The position numbers and the translations under genes were made by a program. A stretch of 64,000 nucleotides of DNA. It comes from Methanotrichaceae archaeon (GTDB taxonomy: Archaea > Halobacteriota > Methanosarcinia > Methanotrichales > Methanotrichaceae). The notes under the pieces were generated by a model. The model saw only the letters and a program-made list of their open reading frames with translations, had not been told where the DNA came from and did no database searches. The first letter of the stretch is position 1. Each line of letters opens with the position of its first letter. The DNA is taken from assembly GCA_963803145.1 (NCBI GenBank), contig CAWDLW010000020.1:1-64000 (forward strand). Reading direction: 5' to 3'. Of this stretch, positions 62,066-64,000 are shown piece by piece.

Positions 62066-62199
62066 TATCCCTTTCATCTTTACGGCATACGTTTTCCAAA
62101 GCCTTCCCCCGTAGAGGGGTTAGGGGCAGCCCGCGCGGCGATTGAGCGCGCTATCGTCACCGCTAGTATTAGCCCCAGAAGAATGTGTAGGCTTTGAAT
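62066..62199 (-). repeat. ~130-bp structured element, copy 2
   Basis: Its reverse complement aligns with 56047..56177. Confidence 0.85.
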
Positions 62200-62352
62200 C
62201 ACACAAGTCTGCCCCAAACATAAAGTAATAGCGGCTCTCCAATGCATGTTATGAAATTATGCTCGGCAATAGCTATATCTTAGAAAAGCTGAATTATTCT
62301 CTGGCATTGCATTTTCACCGATCAATGCCGGGATGGGCATTTCCCATCCCAC

Positions 62353-62499
62353 CTAATCCTTAGATGGCGTTCTCTTTTGGATTTTGATTTCTACTATATC
62401 GCCTGGCTTGATCCCTAAGAGATCCCTTACAGATTCCGGTATAGTCACTCTTCCGAGTTGCATTACTTTAACTGTGAATATGGCACTGTCTTCAGGCAT
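62353..62499 (-). CDS. AbrB/MazE/SpoVT-family DNA-binding protein (48 aa, not in the ORF track)
   Basis: MPEDSAIFTVKVMQLGRVTIPESVRDLLGIKPGDIVEIKI; followed by a GGGATGGG/CCCATCCC hairpin. Confidence 0.85.
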   Translation of the reverse strand: MPEDSAIFTVKVMQLGRVTIPESVRDLLGIKPGDIVEIKIQKRTPSKD

Positions 62500-62739
62500 A
62501 TTCGGTATTTTAATCCCTGTAGTATATAATATTATCCTATTAAATACTCTTAAATACGTTAAAATACTTTCAGAGTATTTGGTGAAAATGCAATGGCTAG
62601 AAGAACAATCTTTGAGGATAAACTAGAATTTCAATCATCAGAGCTAATTTGGCGCTATCATGAAGACAGTTGTCCGAATATCCTAACGGCGAATATTCGA
62701 GGCATCTCTCAGGAAATCACAAAGGCAGAGGCGATCTAA

Positions 62740-63357
62740 TTGCCCCCCACAAACCACCCCGAAAACGCCGATCTGGTAGCGACCGATCCCGCAATCGCAG
62801 ATGATTCAGCAACCACGGGCACGCTATCAGATCTCACCACAACACTAGCCGAACTCCAGCCCCTCGCCTCCAAAATCACCGATCTGCAAAAGCAAACCCT
62901 TGAAAAAGAATCCTCAATCCTAAAAGCGATCCTGGAGAAGCTCAAGCCTCTGGTGCCTCTGCTGAGTGAAGACTGCGAGCAATGTTACCGCCGTGAGATT
63001 GTCATCCTGACCAGAGAAGAGAAAGTGCAGCTTGAGGAAGGTTCCGGCTTTTTCAGCGAGCACAGGCTGATTCTCTACGAGAACGGCCTGCTGGCGAGGA
63101 CGCATCGCTATGGCCAATCTGTAGACCACGGCCAATCTATGGACCATGGCCAATTATCGGAAGCTTTGCACCTGGGATGGGAAAACACCGACGAGGATGT
63201 GCTCACACCCGAGGCGGCCATAATCGCATTCGGTTTCATGGCCATTTCAACGGGCTTGATAGAGGCTATTGGTGAGACTTCATCGATGGCTATCCGCAAA
63301 GAGGAGCTTGAGGGCAGGCTGGCGGCTTTAACCAAGGTGCTGGAAGCTATAAGGTAA
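62740..63357 (+). CDS. Hypothetical coiled-coil protein with a short HGQ tandem repeat
   Basis: 205-aa ORF; YGQSVD-HGQSMD-HGQLSE. Confidence 0.65.
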   Translation: MPPTNHPENADLVATDPAIADDSATTGTLSDLTTTLAELQPLASKITDLQKQTLEKESSILKAILEKLKPLVPLLSEDCEQCYRREIVILTREEKVQLEEGSGFFSEHRLILYENGLLARTHRYGQSVDHGQSMDHGQLSEALHLGWENTDEDVLTPEAAIIAFGFMAISTGLIEAIGETSSMAIRKEELEGRLAALTKVLEAIR

Positions 63358-63515
63358 GACAAATGCCAGCGAATAGAAATGCCAGCAGGCAGAATAGAGC
63401 AAATGACATAGGCGATCTGCCTATATTGGGTTGCTGAGCATCAGATGAGGTAGCGCTTTGATCGACCATCAACCTTTTTATCCTTTTAATACTGCTATTT
63501 TCCAAGGGCTGTGGA

Positions 63516-64000
63516 ATGAAGAATGATAAGTCCTCTCTGGCGGGAAATATCAGATCGCAGGATTTGCCGCCCAAATATGCCGAGCTTCTGGCAGAGCTGA
63601 AGGCACAGATCCGCTCTGCTCAGTTGAAAGCGGCGCTGTCTGTTAACCGTGAGCTGGTCTTGCTTTATTGGCGAATTGGCAGGCAGATCCTTGAGAACCA
63701 ACGGCAAGAAGGCTGGGGATCGAAGGTTATCGACCGGCTGTCAAGGGATCTGCGCATAGCCTTTCCAGAGATGAAGGGTTTCTCGCCGCGCAATCTGAAG
63801 TACATGAGGGCATTTGCTGATGCTTATCCAACTGAATCATTTGTGCAAGAGGTGCTTGCACAAATTACCTGGTATCACAATATTACTCTTTTAGACAAGA
63901 TCAGAAAACCCGAGGAACGCGAATTCTATGTTCGCAAGACCATTGAGCACGGCTGGAGCAGAAACGTTCTCGTCCATCAGATCGAGAGCGACCTGTACCA
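63516..64000 (+). CDS. YhcG/DUF1016 PD-(D/E)XK nuclease-domain protein, 5' part (runs off the window)
   Basis: VNRELVLLYWRIG, GWGSKVIDRLS.DL, GFSPRNLKYMR and WYHN motifs. Confidence 0.92.
   Translation, partial: MKNDKSSLAGNIRSQDLPPKYAELLAELKAQIRSAQLKAALSVNRELVLLYWRIGRQILENQRQEGWGSKVIDRLSRDLRIAFPEMKGFSPRNLKYMRAFADAYPTESFVQEVLAQITWYHNITLLDKIRKPEEREFYVRKTIEHGWSRNVLVHQIESDLY

Overview
Archaeal chromosomal window. It probably comes from a Methanotrichaceae (Methanothrix-like) methanogen; this is inferred from gene content (intron-containing tRNA-Tyr, HPS-RraA fusion, CTP-dependent riboflavin kinase, secF-secD, many secreted proteins rich in N-glycosylation sequons). Four zones: (1) 0-3 kb: end of a pst/phoU operon (frameshifted at the window edge), nfi and a truncated IS630. 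(2) 3.5-11.2 kb: an AT-rich, unexplained cell-surface locus. It has a secreted repeat protein, two paralogous ~860-aa membrane proteins (exosortase-like TM region without the catalytic Cys, plus two GldG/IFT52/DUF4350-like domains each) and a secreted 328-aa protein with ~44 Thr-Cys repeats. This is the best candidate for an undescribed system. (3) 11-31 kb: housekeeping genes (ogt, tRNA-Tyr/Asp, ribK, TPR protein, DHH nuclease, dapF, hps-rraA, secFD, GT4, pspA) and a wHTH gene behind a ~900-nt leader with operator-like repeats. (4) 31-54 kb: an accessory island (DeCLIC-like pentameric ion channel, divergent amidinotransferases, Ntn/amido-hydrolases, DHA2 MFS, HdeD, MarC, MgtC, DUF1269, many gene remnants). 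From 54 to 64 kb follows a mobile/defence region, where a Lamassu/ABC-3C system split by an IS1 lies between two ~130-bp inverted repeats showing stem covariation. Several genes appear to start at ATA/ATT codons. All family assignments come from motif recognition by eye; no searches were run.
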